DNA from: Desulfosudis oleivorans
GTDB taxonomy: Bacteria > Desulfobacterota > Desulfobacteria > Desulfobacterales > SURF-7
Direction: 5' to 3'
Length of the DNA: 64,000 bases
Assembly: GCA_020723305.1 (NCBI GenBank)
Contig: DYJC01000001.1
Coordinates: 392,661 to 456,660, forward strand
Shown here piece by piece: positions 38,620 through 49,141 of the stretch. Below the pieces are notes generated by a model, which had not been told where the DNA came from, did not search any database, and saw only the letters and a list, made by a program, of their open reading frames with translations. The stretch's first letter is position 1. Each line of letters starts with the position of its first letter. The position numbers were made by a program, and so were the translations under genes.

Positions 38620-40125
38620 ATGATTGATCAACGGATTCCAGTGGGAACTCTCCGACTGGTAATACTATTATTGATCGGATTTATTGTCGCCCAGTTTTTA
38701 TCCACGGTTCATATCTTTTTTTCCAATGCTGATTTCCATAACACATTAAAAGCTATTCATGATGCAGGGTACCTGGCCGTACCGAATATGCAGGTGGCAC
38801 AAAGTTTAACTAATTTTTCTTCTGCTTTTAATGGTGGACTTTTCTTCTCATTAACTTCAGGGCTTAGCCTGACTATCCTTGCTGTTTTTTTTGCCTGGAT
38901 ATGGCGCGCTCCATTTAACAAAAGCAGATCCGTCCTAATCGTTCTGATCCTGATATGGGCGGCAAGCATCCTCATGGTAAATCAAAATGGATTTTCTTCC
39001 CTAGTCACCGCATATCTGATTCTTATACCAAGTGCGATCTTCCGGGTTTTTGGAAGGCTATTTCCAATCCATAAACGCGATTCATCATGGTATACTTTAT
39101 TTTATCACATCGCACTTTTTATTCTATTTTCCATTTCCATTGGATACACCTTACAGATAAAGGCAGAAAAATTCCTGGATATAAGGGATTTTCTGCTTCT
39201 CAGGAATCCGACAGGAAACAAAATGAATGCATTTTATTATGATAACAGCCTCTACTCTGCAAACTATTTTAAATCCTTATCTCAACAACTGATTAAAACC
39301 TGTGACCTGAATTCAATCCAGGATAATCATCTCAGACAAAAGTTAAACCACATATTCAAACGATTTGACTATATTCCTTTGCCACACTCTATTCAGGCAG
39401 ATCTCACATTGATAATCAAGCACAATAAAATTAATTTTTTCCACCAAAATAAATTTGTACTTGCTGTTACTATTAATGATTTTTTGAATTCTCCAAAGCA
39501 ATGGATCAAACAGTTTGAATCCATAACAGACCGGCATGTAATTTTCAGGATGATTACAATGGTCTCCCTTCTTTTTACGTGTGCGATTCTTCTATATTCG
39601 ATTGCTTTCCTGCTCCCCCTCTGGCTGATCAGACTTTTTACTGCTCCGCTTACGGCAACCATTCTGGCTTCGCTGATATGCATTTTGATTCTTTTTGTCT
39701 TGTTTGCGGGCAGCGTCGACAATAAAAACCACTCTCCTGAAGAAATTGCCGCTATGCTGGCATCTGAAGACTCCACTGCCCGAATCCAGGCACTTCGGTA
39801 TATTGTTGATCACAAAATGGATGTCACTCTCTTTCCTGAATATGAGTATTTAATCCGTAATGGTTCGATCCCTGAACGGTACTGGATTGCAAAATCCCTT
39901 TCGATTCGAGATACGGGAAAAAACCAGGAAGCCTTGCTCACACTCTTACACGATAAACACTTCAATGTGGTCTGCATGGCTCTATACTCCATGGGAAAAC
40001 TCGGTAAAAAAGGAGATATCCCGATCATACTGGATACAATTAAAACATCCCGCAACTGGTATGTTCAATGGTATGCTTACAAGGCACTGAGGAATCTCGG
40101 ATGGCAGCAAGAAATATTGAACTGA
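38620..40125 (+). CDS. Polytopic membrane protein with C-terminal HEAT-like repeats
   Basis: About 9-10 hydrophobic segments followed by repeat-like helices (STARIQALRYIVDH..., NVVCMALYSMGKLG..., WYVQWYAYKALRNLG). Confidence 0.5.
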   Translation: MIDQRIPVGTLRLVILLLIGFIVAQFLSTVHIFFSNADFHNTLKAIHDAGYLAVPNMQVAQSLTNFSSAFNGGLFFSLTSGLSLTILAVFFAWIWRAPFNKSRSVLIVLILIWAASILMVNQNGFSSLVTAYLILIPSAIFRVFGRLFPIHKRDSSWYTLFYHIALFILFSISIGYTLQIKAEKFLDIRDFLLLRNPTGNKMNAFYYDNSLYSANYFKSLSQQLIKTCDLNSIQDNHLRQKLNHIFKRFDYIPLPHSIQADLTLIIKHNKINFFHQNKFVLAVTINDFLNSPKQWIKQFESITDRHVIFRMITMVSLLFTCAILLYSIAFLLPLWLIRLFTAPLTATILASLICILILFVLFAGSVDNKNHSPEEIAAMLASEDSTARIQALRYIVDHKMDVTLFPEYEYLIRNGSIPERYWIAKSLSIRDTGKNQEALLTLLHDKHFNVVCMALYSMGKLGKKGDIPIILDTIKTSRNWYVQWYAYKALRNLGWQQEILN

Positions 40126-40730
40126 AAATCTTTTTGCTTTCCAGTTTATGGGTTATGGCTGCGGAAACCGTCTGGATCCTGTTTATGGCAGAGAAAACCG
40201 GATGGATCGGTTTGGGAATACTCCGACTATCGCAATTGATTCTGATTCTGGGAACGGTTTATATCTTTGATCGGAATTTCGAATCGATTGCCCTGTCCTC
40301 ACCCCGGATCATTCCTGGCTTGAAAAAAGGTTTTCTCTGGTCTTTTATTTTTGGAATGATCGCAGGTCTTCTTTTTTTCATTCTGTTTATGATTGGTATT
40401 AAACCTTTTACATTACTGCATGTTCGTCTTCCTCAGGACACAATACAAAAAATACTGTTCTTTCTTGTCGGCGGCCTGATAGCTCCGGTTGCAGAAGAAG
40501 CCTTCTTCAGAGGCATACTGTACGGGTTCTTCCGGAAATGGGGCTCTATATTTGCGATTTCGATCACCACACTGATTTTTGCATTGGCTCATCCAGGTGT
40601 TTCCTATGTCCAGATAACAGGCGGTATTATTTTTGCCATTTCCTATGAAAAAGAAAAAAATCTTCTGGTACCCATAACGATTCATGCGCTTGGAAATCTT
40701 TCTCTTTTTTCTTTATCGCTTTTAACTTGA
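40068..40730 (+). CDS. CPBP family intramembrane glutamic endopeptidase (CAAX protease-like)
   Basis: EEAFFRGILYG (EExxxR), FALAHP and TIHALGNL motifs. The start is uncertain: as drawn, the ORF overlaps the upstream gene by 58 bp, and an internal ATG lies at 40101. Confidence 0.75.
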   Translation: MVCLQGTEESRMAARNIELKIFLLSSLWVMAAETVWILFMAEKTGWIGLGILRLSQLILILGTVYIFDRNFESIALSSPRIIPGLKKGFLWSFIFGMIAGLLFFILFMIGIKPFTLLHVRLPQDTIQKILFFLVGGLIAPVAEEAFFRGILYGFFRKWGSIFAISITTLIFALAHPGVSYVQITGGIIFAISYEKEKNLLVPITIHALGNLSLFSLSLLT

Positions 40731-40852
40731 CAATACAGTGAGCCTGGGCCAAAACCGTTACAAATAATTTCCTGAAAACACCCTGTATCGAAAATAATTG
40801 GATAACAATAATAAAATTTTTAAGACACCTCTATGAAATGTAGGATATCACC

Positions 40853-42082
40853 ATGCCTGTTTATGAATATAAAGCCTTGAATGCAAAAGGAAAATCAGTT
40901 ACCGGTATCATTGATACGGAAAGTGCCGTTACAGCCAGACAAAAATTGCGCGCTTCCCAGATCTACCCAACAGAAATTAAAGAGGTGTATGCAACTCCAA
41001 AATCAACGGACAAGCCTGGTTCCATCTCTCTCTCCCTTCTGTTTTCAAAAGTGAAAAAATCCGAAATCACGATGATGACCAGACAACTGTCCACACTTGT
41101 CGGTGCCGGATTTCCATTGGTTTCGGCGATTTCAACATTGATTCCCCAGACCAGGTCCCATGTATTTAAAAAAATTCTTTCCCAGATCAAGGATTCCATT
41201 GAAGAGGGAAGCAGCTTTGCCGGAGCACTGTCTGTGTATCCGGATACATTCTCACCTATATATATCAATATGGTACGCGCCGGAGAGTCGTCCGGAACCC
41301 TGGAAATTGTACTTGAACGGCTGGCGGACATCACAGAAAATCAGCAGGCACTGACCAATAAGATCCGATCCATGCTCGCATACCCGGCTATCATGACCTT
41401 AATCGGGTCCGGAGTTCTTTTTTTCCTGATGGCATATATTGTTCCCAGAATCACAACAATTTTTAAGGACGTTAACCGCGCATTACCTGCTCCCACAAGG
41501 GTTCTCATTGCCACAGGTGATTTTCTGAAAGCCTACTGGTGGTTTCTTTTCCTGCTGATGATTGCGGCTTTTTTCTGTTTTAAGGCTGTGCAAAAAAAAG
41601 AAAGAGGGAAATACATCATTGACAAATTTTTACTCTCTCTTCCTGTTGCCGGAGATCTTTTGCGTAAACTGGCTGTCGCACGATTTGCCCGGACGCTCGG
41701 ATCTCTTCTGGAAAATGGCGTAACCATGCTCTCTGCTCTTGACATTGTAACCAACATTGCCGGTAATGTTTTGATTGCAGAGGTGATTGGAAATGCCGCA
41801 AAGGAAGTTGAAAAAGGAAATGCCCTTGGCAAGTCCATCGAGGCGTATGATGTTTTTCCACATCTTTCCGTCCAGATGATACAAGTCGGAGAGCAGAGCG
41901 GCGAGCTTGAATCCATGCTGAACAAGGTTGCACAAGTTTATGAAAATGAGGTGGAATCCACTTTAGTCGCAATGACATCCTGGCTGGAACCCGTCATCAT
42001 ATTAATAATGGGTGTTGTAGTGGCCTTTATTGTTTTATCCATTGTTCTTCCGATCATGGAAATGAATAAGCTGGTTCAATAG
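40853..42082 (+). CDS. gspF: Type II secretion system inner-membrane platform protein GspF
   Basis: 409 aa with duplicated GspF domains and three TM segments. The N-terminus is MPVYEYKALNAKGKSVTGIIDTES. Confidence 0.9.
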   Translation: MPVYEYKALNAKGKSVTGIIDTESAVTARQKLRASQIYPTEIKEVYATPKSTDKPGSISLSLLFSKVKKSEITMMTRQLSTLVGAGFPLVSAISTLIPQTRSHVFKKILSQIKDSIEEGSSFAGALSVYPDTFSPIYINMVRAGESSGTLEIVLERLADITENQQALTNKIRSMLAYPAIMTLIGSGVLFFLMAYIVPRITTIFKDVNRALPAPTRVLIATGDFLKAYWWFLFLLMIAAFFCFKAVQKKERGKYIIDKFLLSLPVAGDLLRKLAVARFARTLGSLLENGVTMLSALDIVTNIAGNVLIAEVIGNAAKEVEKGNALGKSIEAYDVFPHLSVQMIQVGEQSGELESMLNKVAQVYENEVESTLVAMTSWLEPVIILIMGVVVAFIVLSIVLPIMEMNKLVQ

Positions 42083-42090
42083 CGAGCTGG

Positions 42091-43041
42091 TTAAAAGGCG
42101 GATTCAAACGTAATCCCGAGACGTTTGTCCTCATATTTGAAGGGTATTTGAATCCTGGTTTTTTGTTTTAATAGCTCGATAAAATTCATGCGCTGGTCCC
42201 GGTTGTACTTATGGGCACTAGAAACTGCTCCGTAAATATTTCCGGCATAAAAACCAAAACCAACTGTGCTGATCAATCCACCCAGTGCATAGTTCTCATG
42301 ATCAAACGCCTCATATGCGGCAATCCCCAAAGCAACATTCAGTAAAAAAGCGGTCACGGAATCCTGATATCTTTCGCAATACAGTTGTCCCAGGCCTGGA
42401 ACAATTGAAAAACCGCCGGCCATAATCGGATTTTTTTGAGACAGCGCTTCATATTTTTGAAGTTCATTCTCCAGGTCTGCAATTTTCAATTCTTCATAAC
42501 CCTCAGCGCTCACCTTTTTTAAATAACCGGTTGCATGCTTCTCGTTCTCTTCTATGGATAATCGGTAGGATGGCTGTTCCAGCCAGATCCAGCCAAGCTC
42601 ATAATATGCAATATCTTGCGTCCGGATATCTTTTGTGAGCATGGTTAAATTATTCAAAGAGATAATGGCATCCCCCTTTCGATCCAATGCAAGATAGGAA
42701 CGTGCAATCAGAAAGGAAGCATTCCGGGAAAATGGAGTGTCTCCATACTCTTCCTGAAATTGATGAAAAAACTGAATCGCCTCCTGATATTTTCCTGACC
42801 TATATAGGGAAAGACCTGCTTTGTAATTGGCCAGCTCTTTCCGTTCATCCTTTGGGAAAAAAAAGACAAATCTTTTAAATTCCGATGCTGCATGGATATA
42901 ATCTTCTTTTGAAAAACAATCTTCTGCATATAAAAACTGCTCATCTGAAGTTACCAGAATCTCTTTCTCTGCTTGAGCAGCAGATGGAAGGAGTATGTAA
43001 AAAAAAAGCAGGCATAGATATTTCAGGAAAACGGATTGCAT
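42091..43041 (-). CDS. Secreted TPR protein with C-terminal two-TM PGLGQ-motif domain
   Basis: Signal peptide MQSVFLKYLCLLFFYILLPSAAQA, TPR-like helices, then GGFSIVPGLGQLYCERY followed by hydrophobic helices (DUF5683/TM2-like pattern). The start was set at the ATG preceded by GGGAG; the track ORF starts 15 nt upstream at a GTG. Confidence 0.5.
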   Translation of the reverse strand: MQSVFLKYLCLLFFYILLPSAAQAEKEILVTSDEQFLYAEDCFSKEDYIHAASEFKRFVFFFPKDERKELANYKAGLSLYRSGKYQEAIQFFHQFQEEYGDTPFSRNASFLIARSYLALDRKGDAIISLNNLTMLTKDIRTQDIAYYELGWIWLEQPSYRLSIEENEKHATGYLKKVSAEGYEELKIADLENELQKYEALSQKNPIMAGGFSIVPGLGQLYCERYQDSVTAFLLNVALGIAAYEAFDHENYALGGLISTVGFGFYAGNIYGAVSSAHKYNRDQRMNFIELLKQKTRIQIPFKYEDKRLGITFESAF

Positions 43042-43046
43042 ACTCC

Positions 43047-43448
43047 CTACTCCCACCAGAAGTCGTTGTTTTCGACCGGGTCATAAACAAAAAATCGCTG
43101 CTGAATCCGGATAGAAGGAGAATGACTGACCTCATCCCGTCCGCACCTCATCAGACGATCACTGGTCATAATCCAGCCCGTGATCCCGCCGTGCTTTTTT
43201 ACAGCATCCAGTGCATACCTTGAGCAGGATGGATACATGGAACATCGGTCTCCATCCGCCCCGGAAAGATACTGCCGGAAAAACCGGATGGGCAGAACAA
43301 ATAGACTCCCGCCTAACTGGTCTCCTGCCGGTTTTTCATCTTTTGTTTTTTCGGTTGAATCGGCACTGCAAGGAAGACAAAACATGCAGAAAAAGAAGAA
43401 GAGAAAATAGAAAGGCGTGCGCTTATTTTTTCCTGCAAATGAGTTCAC
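43047..43448 (-). CDS. YidD-like membrane protein insertion efficiency factor homolog with extra N- and C-terminal regions
   Basis: The core IRFFRQYLSGADGDRCSMYPSCSRYALDAVKKHGGITGWIMTSDRLMRCG matches the YidD signature (C..P.CS.Y). It carries an added hydrophobic N-terminal leader and a 35-aa tail. It starts 12 bp after the gspE stop. Confidence 0.68.
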   Translation of the reverse strand: MNSFAGKNKRTPFYFLFFFFCMFCLPCSADSTEKTKDEKPAGDQLGGSLFVLPIRFFRQYLSGADGDRCSMYPSCSRYALDAVKKHGGITGWIMTSDRLMRCGRDEVSHSPSIRIQQRFFVYDPVENNDFWWE

Positions 43449-43460
43449 TATTCAGAAATC

Positions 43461-45176
43461 CTATCTCTGGGTGACACGCAACACTTCTGAGATACTGGTC
43501 ATACCTTTTATAATCTTCTTGAGCCCATCCTTTCGAAGAGTCGTCATTCCCTGACTCATTGCTTCGTTCATAATAATATTTGAATCAAATGTTTCAAGTA
43601 CCATTCTCTTGATTCGGCTGTTCATGACCAGAATCTCGGCAATACTGATTCTGCCTTTATATCCGGTGTTAAAGCAGTTCTCACATCCTTTTGCCCGGTA
43701 AAGCACATCGTTTTCCCCAAGTTCATTCGTAATGCCGATGCTTTTCTTGGCTGCTTCATCCGGAACATATGCCTCTCTGCATTTTGGACAAAGCACCCGA
43801 ATAAGCCGCTGAGCCATAACCGCAATAACAGAAGAGGAAATCAAAAACGGTTCAATACCAATATCCACCAGACGGGTAATCGCACTTGCTGCGTCATTTG
43901 TATGGAGGGTTGAAAAGACAAGATGGCCGGTCAGTGCGGACTGAACAGCGATATCCGCTGTTTCCTTATCCCGGATTTCTCCTACCAGCATGACATCCGG
44001 GTCCTGACGCATGATAGAACGTAGTCCTCTTGCAAAAGTCAGATCGATTTTCGGATTCACCTGTATCTGACCGATTCCTTCAATCTGATACTCAACCGGA
44101 TCTTCGATTGTGATAATATTGATATCCGGCTTATTGATCGTAGACAGGATTGCATACAAAGTTGTTGTTTTACCGCTACCGGTCGGGCCGGTAACAAGGA
44201 TGATTCCATTGGGAGATGAAATCAATTCCTGAATCTGATCCAGACTCTCTTGTTCAAAACCGATATCGGTAAGTGATAACAGAGAACTGGATTTGTTGAG
44301 AAGCCTTAACACAACCCTTTCACCAAAGGTAATGGGTATGGTTGAAACGCGGATATCAATGATTTGATTTCCCTTCCGGACTTCGATCCGCCCATCCTGG
44401 GGAAGTCTTTTTTCCGCAATATTCATCCTGGCCATGACCTTGACCCTGGAAATCAGGGCTGCTTGAATCCATTTGGGTGGAGTCAGCATATCATACAAAA
44501 TCCCATCCACCCGATACCGTACCTTAAAACTGTCCTGGTAAGGTTCGATATGAATATCACTGGCCCCTGCTTTTATGGATTGTGAAATGATATGGTTCAC
44601 CAGCTTGATAATAGGTGCATCACTTGTGTCATCGAGCAGATCAGCGGTTTCTTCAATCGACTCGATAATGGAACTGGTGTTCTCTTCCATATCCTGAACA
44701 AGCTGCTCAGCCGACCCCTGGCTATGATCGTAGGAGAGATTAATGGCCGCCAGAATGGCTTCTTTGGTGGAAATGACCGGTTGGTATTCATCCTTTCCCA
44801 TAATACGGGCCAGGTCATCCATCTGCTGGATATAGGATGGATCATGAACAGCAATCACACAATCGGACACATCCAGAATCGATTCATGCTTTGAAAAGTC
44901 CAGCGGCACCATAAAGTACTTCTTTAAAAACTGGATCGAAATATTCCGGGGTAAATCCGCCCGGATATTACCAATGGAAATCTCCGGAAGGAATGGAATA
45001 TTATAGCGAATGCTTCTGGCTTTCAGAAGCTGCTTTTCCGTGATCGCATTGTTGGACAGGAGGATCTCACCAATATCCTCCCCTCCTCCCTGCGTTTTGA
45101 TATCCAAGGCTTTTTGATACTCTTCTTCCGGTATGTTGAGCTCTTCCTGCAATATTTTTAAAAAAGATTTTATCAT
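43461..45176 (-). CDS. gspE: Type II secretion ATPase GspE
   Basis: Walker A GPTGSGKTTT, Asp box, His box, the tetracysteine motif CPKC...CENC, and an N-terminal N1E/N2E-like region. Confidence 0.95.
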   Translation of the reverse strand: MIKSFLKILQEELNIPEEEYQKALDIKTQGGGEDIGEILLSNNAITEKQLLKARSIRYNIPFLPEISIGNIRADLPRNISIQFLKKYFMVPLDFSKHESILDVSDCVIAVHDPSYIQQMDDLARIMGKDEYQPVISTKEAILAAINLSYDHSQGSAEQLVQDMEENTSSIIESIEETADLLDDTSDAPIIKLVNHIISQSIKAGASDIHIEPYQDSFKVRYRVDGILYDMLTPPKWIQAALISRVKVMARMNIAEKRLPQDGRIEVRKGNQIIDIRVSTIPITFGERVVLRLLNKSSSLLSLTDIGFEQESLDQIQELISSPNGIILVTGPTGSGKTTTLYAILSTINKPDINIITIEDPVEYQIEGIGQIQVNPKIDLTFARGLRSIMRQDPDVMLVGEIRDKETADIAVQSALTGHLVFSTLHTNDAASAITRLVDIGIEPFLISSSVIAVMAQRLIRVLCPKCREAYVPDEAAKKSIGITNELGENDVLYRAKGCENCFNTGYKGRISIAEILVMNSRIKRMVLETFDSNIIMNEAMSQGMTTLRKDGLKKIIKGMTSISEVLRVTQR

Positions 45177-45245
45177 CTATTCACGAAATCGAAAGTTGCT
45201 GAACCAGTTATATTAATAACCGCAATAATGATTCTTATCAAAAAA

Positions 45246-47312
45246 TCATTTCCCCTTTGTATCGTCACCTTCCGAATACAGATGATCAGGGCTGCCGCCA
45301 CCGTACATCTTGATTCTTCCCTCTTTCATCAATTGTTCCATCTCCAACTTCTTGTTATTTTTCATCTCTTCAGAATCTTCCGGCCCCCGGATAACATGGG
45401 GTGTGAGGAAAAAGTAGAGATTGGTCTTCTGATTGGACTCACTGATGGATTTAAACAAGTAACCCAGTAATGGAACACTTCCTAAACAGGGAACAGCTGA
45501 TTCTTCTTTGGTGATACTGTCATCGATTAAACCGCCGATTGCAACCGTATTCTTATTTTTGATAATAACCGTTGTCTCGATGGTGCGCTTCAGAGTCACC
45601 GGTGTTGTTCCTTCGGTATTGAGCTGAGAAATGGCGGCCTGATCCAGTTTGTTGATTTCCTGAAATATCTTAAGCCTTACTAGACCGTCTTTGCTGATCT
45701 GCGGTGTCACTTTCAAGGTAAAACCAACATCCTTGTATTCATAATTATTATAGGTCTCTGAGGAATCTGTTGTGCCGGTTTTGGTCAGATAGGGCAAATT
45801 GCTGCCTACGGTAATCACCGCCTCTTCATTATCCGTGGTGATAATCTGAGGTGTGGACAGGATATGAACATCCTGATCACTTTTCATGGCGTTGATCAGA
45901 GCCCCGAGACTGGCAAAAGTCAGATCACCTACTTTTATTTTTTCCCCGAAAACACCCATGGAATAACCAGCCGGAAATGTTGCTGAACCTGCAGCTGCAG
46001 TCGTTATCACATTCTTGATATTGTTATATTGTCCTTTGCCGCCAAAACCACCGCCCACAGCCCATTCCTTGCTTCCGATTTTCATATCATCACCGGCCAC
46101 CCACTCGGTTCCAAGTTCAAAACCTTTTTCCACATTGACTTCCATGATCAGGCATTCGATATAAACCATGGATCGCGGTATATCCAGTTTTTTAATAATC
46201 TCTTCCAGAGTAAGATAATCATCCTTATCCGTCATCAGAATCAAGCTGTTTGTGGCTTTATCTGCTGTGATCTTGGTCGCACCTGAAACAACAGGTACTG
46301 CTGATTTTTTTCCTTTTTCACCTGTCTCCTGTTGTTTGCTCGGCAGCATCTGAAGTACCTTGGCAAGCTCTTCGGCATTTGCATATTCAAGATAATAAAC
46401 ATGGATTTTCTCCTTTCCCTTGGGTACATCCTTGTCCAGCATCTGGATCAGCTTTTTCACCCGTAATGTATCTGCTTCACTTGCAAGAAGTACGATTGTA
46501 TTGGTTCTCTCATCCGCTACAAAAGAGATATCCCTGCCGTTTTCACTCTTCTTTCTCGTAACCGGATTTTCCTTTTTAAATACCGCTTCCAGAATTTTTA
46601 CCAGCTTTTCAGCATCTGCCGACTCAAGAGGGATGATGGTGATTTCCCTACCAATACCGGTTACATCGATTGCAGTAAGAATCCTGAGAAGACGCTGAAT
46701 ATTGGAATAGATATCCGTCACAATCAACATATTGGTCTGGGTATAGGCCAGGATTACACTATTTTTGGATACCAGAGTTGAAAATAACTGTTTCACCTCA
46801 TTGGCATCTGCATATTTCAACGGTATTAACTGCGTCACTAGTTTGTCGTTGGGCTCCAACCCCTCATCCGTTAAATAGGTCTCTACATTTTTGGTTCGCG
46901 CATCCGGAGATGAAACAATTTTGGTAATTTCTCCGGCTTCCACTGTGGAATAGCCATTCACTTCCAATACGGATTCAAACACTTTATACGCTTCTTTTTC
47001 AGAAATCTTGGTAGGAGAGATAATCGTAACCTTTCCCTTTACCCGATCATCCACGACATAATTCTTACCGGATAATTCACTCATGAATTTGATAAACACA
47101 TTGATGTCCACATCATTAAAATCAATGGAAACAAATCGTTCCTTTCCGCTATTTCCTTCTTTTGTGGTATTGCCGTCAACTGTGGTTTTGCTATCAAATT
47201 TCTGAACCTTACTTTTCTCATCGCTTTCAGCAGCCAACGAAGCTCCGGATGCCATAAAAATCATGACACATATACTGATGATAATTTTTTCTGTTATACA
47301 AAAAAGTTTCAT
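45246..47312 (-). CDS. gspD: Type II secretion secretin GspD
   Basis: Signal peptide, N0-N3 domains and a C-terminal secretin domain (VPCLGSVPLLGYLFK...TNLYFFLTPHVI). Confidence 0.92.
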   Translation of the reverse strand: MKLFCITEKIIISICVMIFMASGASLAAESDEKSKVQKFDSKTTVDGNTTKEGNSGKERFVSIDFNDVDINVFIKFMSELSGKNYVVDDRVKGKVTIISPTKISEKEAYKVFESVLEVNGYSTVEAGEITKIVSSPDARTKNVETYLTDEGLEPNDKLVTQLIPLKYADANEVKQLFSTLVSKNSVILAYTQTNMLIVTDIYSNIQRLLRILTAIDVTGIGREITIIPLESADAEKLVKILEAVFKKENPVTRKKSENGRDISFVADERTNTIVLLASEADTLRVKKLIQMLDKDVPKGKEKIHVYYLEYANAEELAKVLQMLPSKQQETGEKGKKSAVPVVSGATKITADKATNSLILMTDKDDYLTLEEIIKKLDIPRSMVYIECLIMEVNVEKGFELGTEWVAGDDMKIGSKEWAVGGGFGGKGQYNNIKNVITTAAAGSATFPAGYSMGVFGEKIKVGDLTFASLGALINAMKSDQDVHILSTPQIITTDNEEAVITVGSNLPYLTKTGTTDSSETYNNYEYKDVGFTLKVTPQISKDGLVRLKIFQEINKLDQAAISQLNTEGTTPVTLKRTIETTVIIKNKNTVAIGGLIDDSITKEESAVPCLGSVPLLGYLFKSISESNQKTNLYFFLTPHVIRGPEDSEEMKNNKKLEMEQLMKEGRIKMYGGGSPDHLYSEGDDTKGK

Positions 47313-47328
47313 ATCGGATCCTGATCAA

Positions 47329-48183
47329 TTATTTAATTGTATATTCGATCACTTTTTCTTTACCACGCCGCTTCAATTGAAGCGAAATGTTGGATGCACT
47401 TGTTAAATTTTCATAAAATTTCAATGCATCATCAACCGTCTGTATCGGGTTGCCATCCACGCCTGTAATGATATCCCCGTTCCTCAACCCCATATTTCTG
47501 AATATGGATCTTGGTTTTACACTGCTCAAGGTCAAACCGTCCGGTCTGCCGTCTTCAAAATGCGGTCTTATTTTGGCCTGCCCCATCAATTCCGTGACAT
47601 TTGCCATGGCGCTTTCCACCTGGGATCTCTGCAAGGTAATCTTTTGAGAATTTTCAGATCTGGAATACTCCCCTGAGATCTCCGTGCTGCGCTTTGCTCC
47701 TCCCTTTTGAGGGAATGCGGTTTCCTCTATATTCAGGACTTCATCCTTACCATTGACATCCAAAACAACTTTTTCTCTTAATATCATTTTGACAACTGCA
47801 TTCTGGATGGAGTCTCCCACATGATACAGATTCTGTTTTCTATCCTTGGTATCCTCGATTACCGCAAAAGTTGTTTTTCCGGTAACGGTTCCCCACAGTT
47901 TCAGATTCAGCTCGGTCTCTTGAAGCCCTTCAAGATCCGGGTCAACCCCTTTTTTCTTAACCGATATTTCCGCACCGGTTTTAAAAAGATTCCGATCTAT
48001 GATCTTTCTATAATATGTGATCGGTTTAGAAATGTTATCTTTCACTACCGGAATTTTTTCCATATGGGATTCCGGTGTCTGTACTGCTATCTTTGTTGTT
48101 ACAATTCGATAAAATCCCTTAACACCCATATAAATACCGATGGTAAGCAGAAACAGATTCAATATGATAAAAATTTTATTCAT
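47329..48183 (-). CDS. gspC: Type II secretion protein GspC (TM + HR + PDZ)
   Basis: N-terminal TM segment and a C-terminal PDZ domain (MGLRNGDIITGVDGNPIQTVDDALKFYENL). It lies directly upstream of gspD. Confidence 0.72.
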   Translation of the reverse strand: MNKIFIILNLFLLTIGIYMGVKGFYRIVTTKIAVQTPESHMEKIPVVKDNISKPITYYRKIIDRNLFKTGAEISVKKKGVDPDLEGLQETELNLKLWGTVTGKTTFAVIEDTKDRKQNLYHVGDSIQNAVVKMILREKVVLDVNGKDEVLNIEETAFPQKGGAKRSTEISGEYSRSENSQKITLQRSQVESAMANVTELMGQAKIRPHFEDGRPDGLTLSSVKPRSIFRNMGLRNGDIITGVDGNPIQTVDDALKFYENLTSASNISLQLKRRGKEKVIEYTIK

Positions 48184-48250
48184 TCGGTTCTATGATTCAC
48201 TCTCTATCAAAAAAAAACAAAGCGGTTATGCATAAAATGTCTCTTTCGCA

Positions 48251-49111
48251 TCAAAAAAACCTGGGTTTTTCAAAAGTTCCTTGAATCTTCACAGGAAAAC
48301 CATCTTCACCGCTTTTCTTCAGTATTCTTTTTACAATAGGCCCCAATTTCCCCAGCTTATCTGTGAATTCAGGATTGGGGTTTATGGTCCCATTCAAATT
48401 CAGAACGCTTTTTTCAAATTTCCTGTTGATGAGAACGGTTCCGGAAAGACTGCCATCCACATCTCCTCCCTTATTTAAAAACCGGTTAACCTTGACCTCA
48501 CTTCGATCAGTCTCGAAATCAGCCTCTATTTTTTTCAAACTCAATTTTTCCAGACCATGAAATGGCGAAGAAAATGTAATGATAAAATCTGTTAGAATAA
48601 AATCACTTTTAAAGATTTGCTTGTTGTTCTCTCCGGTTTCGTAATTCACCTGGCCATCCAGTGAACCTATTAAATCATGCGGTATGCTATTCTTTAAAAA
48701 AAGAATGTCGCCAATCTGAACATGATTGAATTCCACATCTGCATCACTAACCATAAAATTGTTTCTTTTAAAATCGAGCGCTGCCTCAATCGCCCCTTTG
48801 TATGCCTCGCAATCGATGTCTACAGAAATTCTACCCGCCAATAATGATAGAAACCCGGGTGTTACAGAAAGCTTTTGTGCATTAAGCACGGGTGTCCCTT
48901 TGTTTTCCACACTAAGATTTACAAATTTCAACCCAAGAGGAAAGACCGGTCTGACATTTTCGATGGTTATGGAAAAATCCGGTGCAGCCTGTTCTATCTT
49001 CGATTTCAAATAATCACTGAAAGATTTTGAAGGAAAAAGATAGTACAGGAAAAAAAGGCTTGTACCGATTATATAGGCTGCGTACAAAAATTTTATATTT
49101 GCTTTTCCCAT
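48251..49111 (-). CDS. gspN: Type II secretion protein GspN-like
   Basis: Single N-terminal TM segment, beta-rich periplasmic domain, 286 aa, located after gspM. Confidence 0.5.
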   Translation of the reverse strand: MGKANIKFLYAAYIIGTSLFFLYYLFPSKSFSDYLKSKIEQAAPDFSITIENVRPVFPLGLKFVNLSVENKGTPVLNAQKLSVTPGFLSLLAGRISVDIDCEAYKGAIEAALDFKRNNFMVSDADVEFNHVQIGDILFLKNSIPHDLIGSLDGQVNYETGENNKQIFKSDFILTDFIITFSSPFHGLEKLSLKKIEADFETDRSEVKVNRFLNKGGDVDGSLSGTVLINRKFEKSVLNLNGTINPNPEFTDKLGKLGPIVKRILKKSGEDGFPVKIQGTFEKPRFF

Positions 49112-49141
49112 TTTCCTTTAAAAAACTCAAAAAACCGGTTA

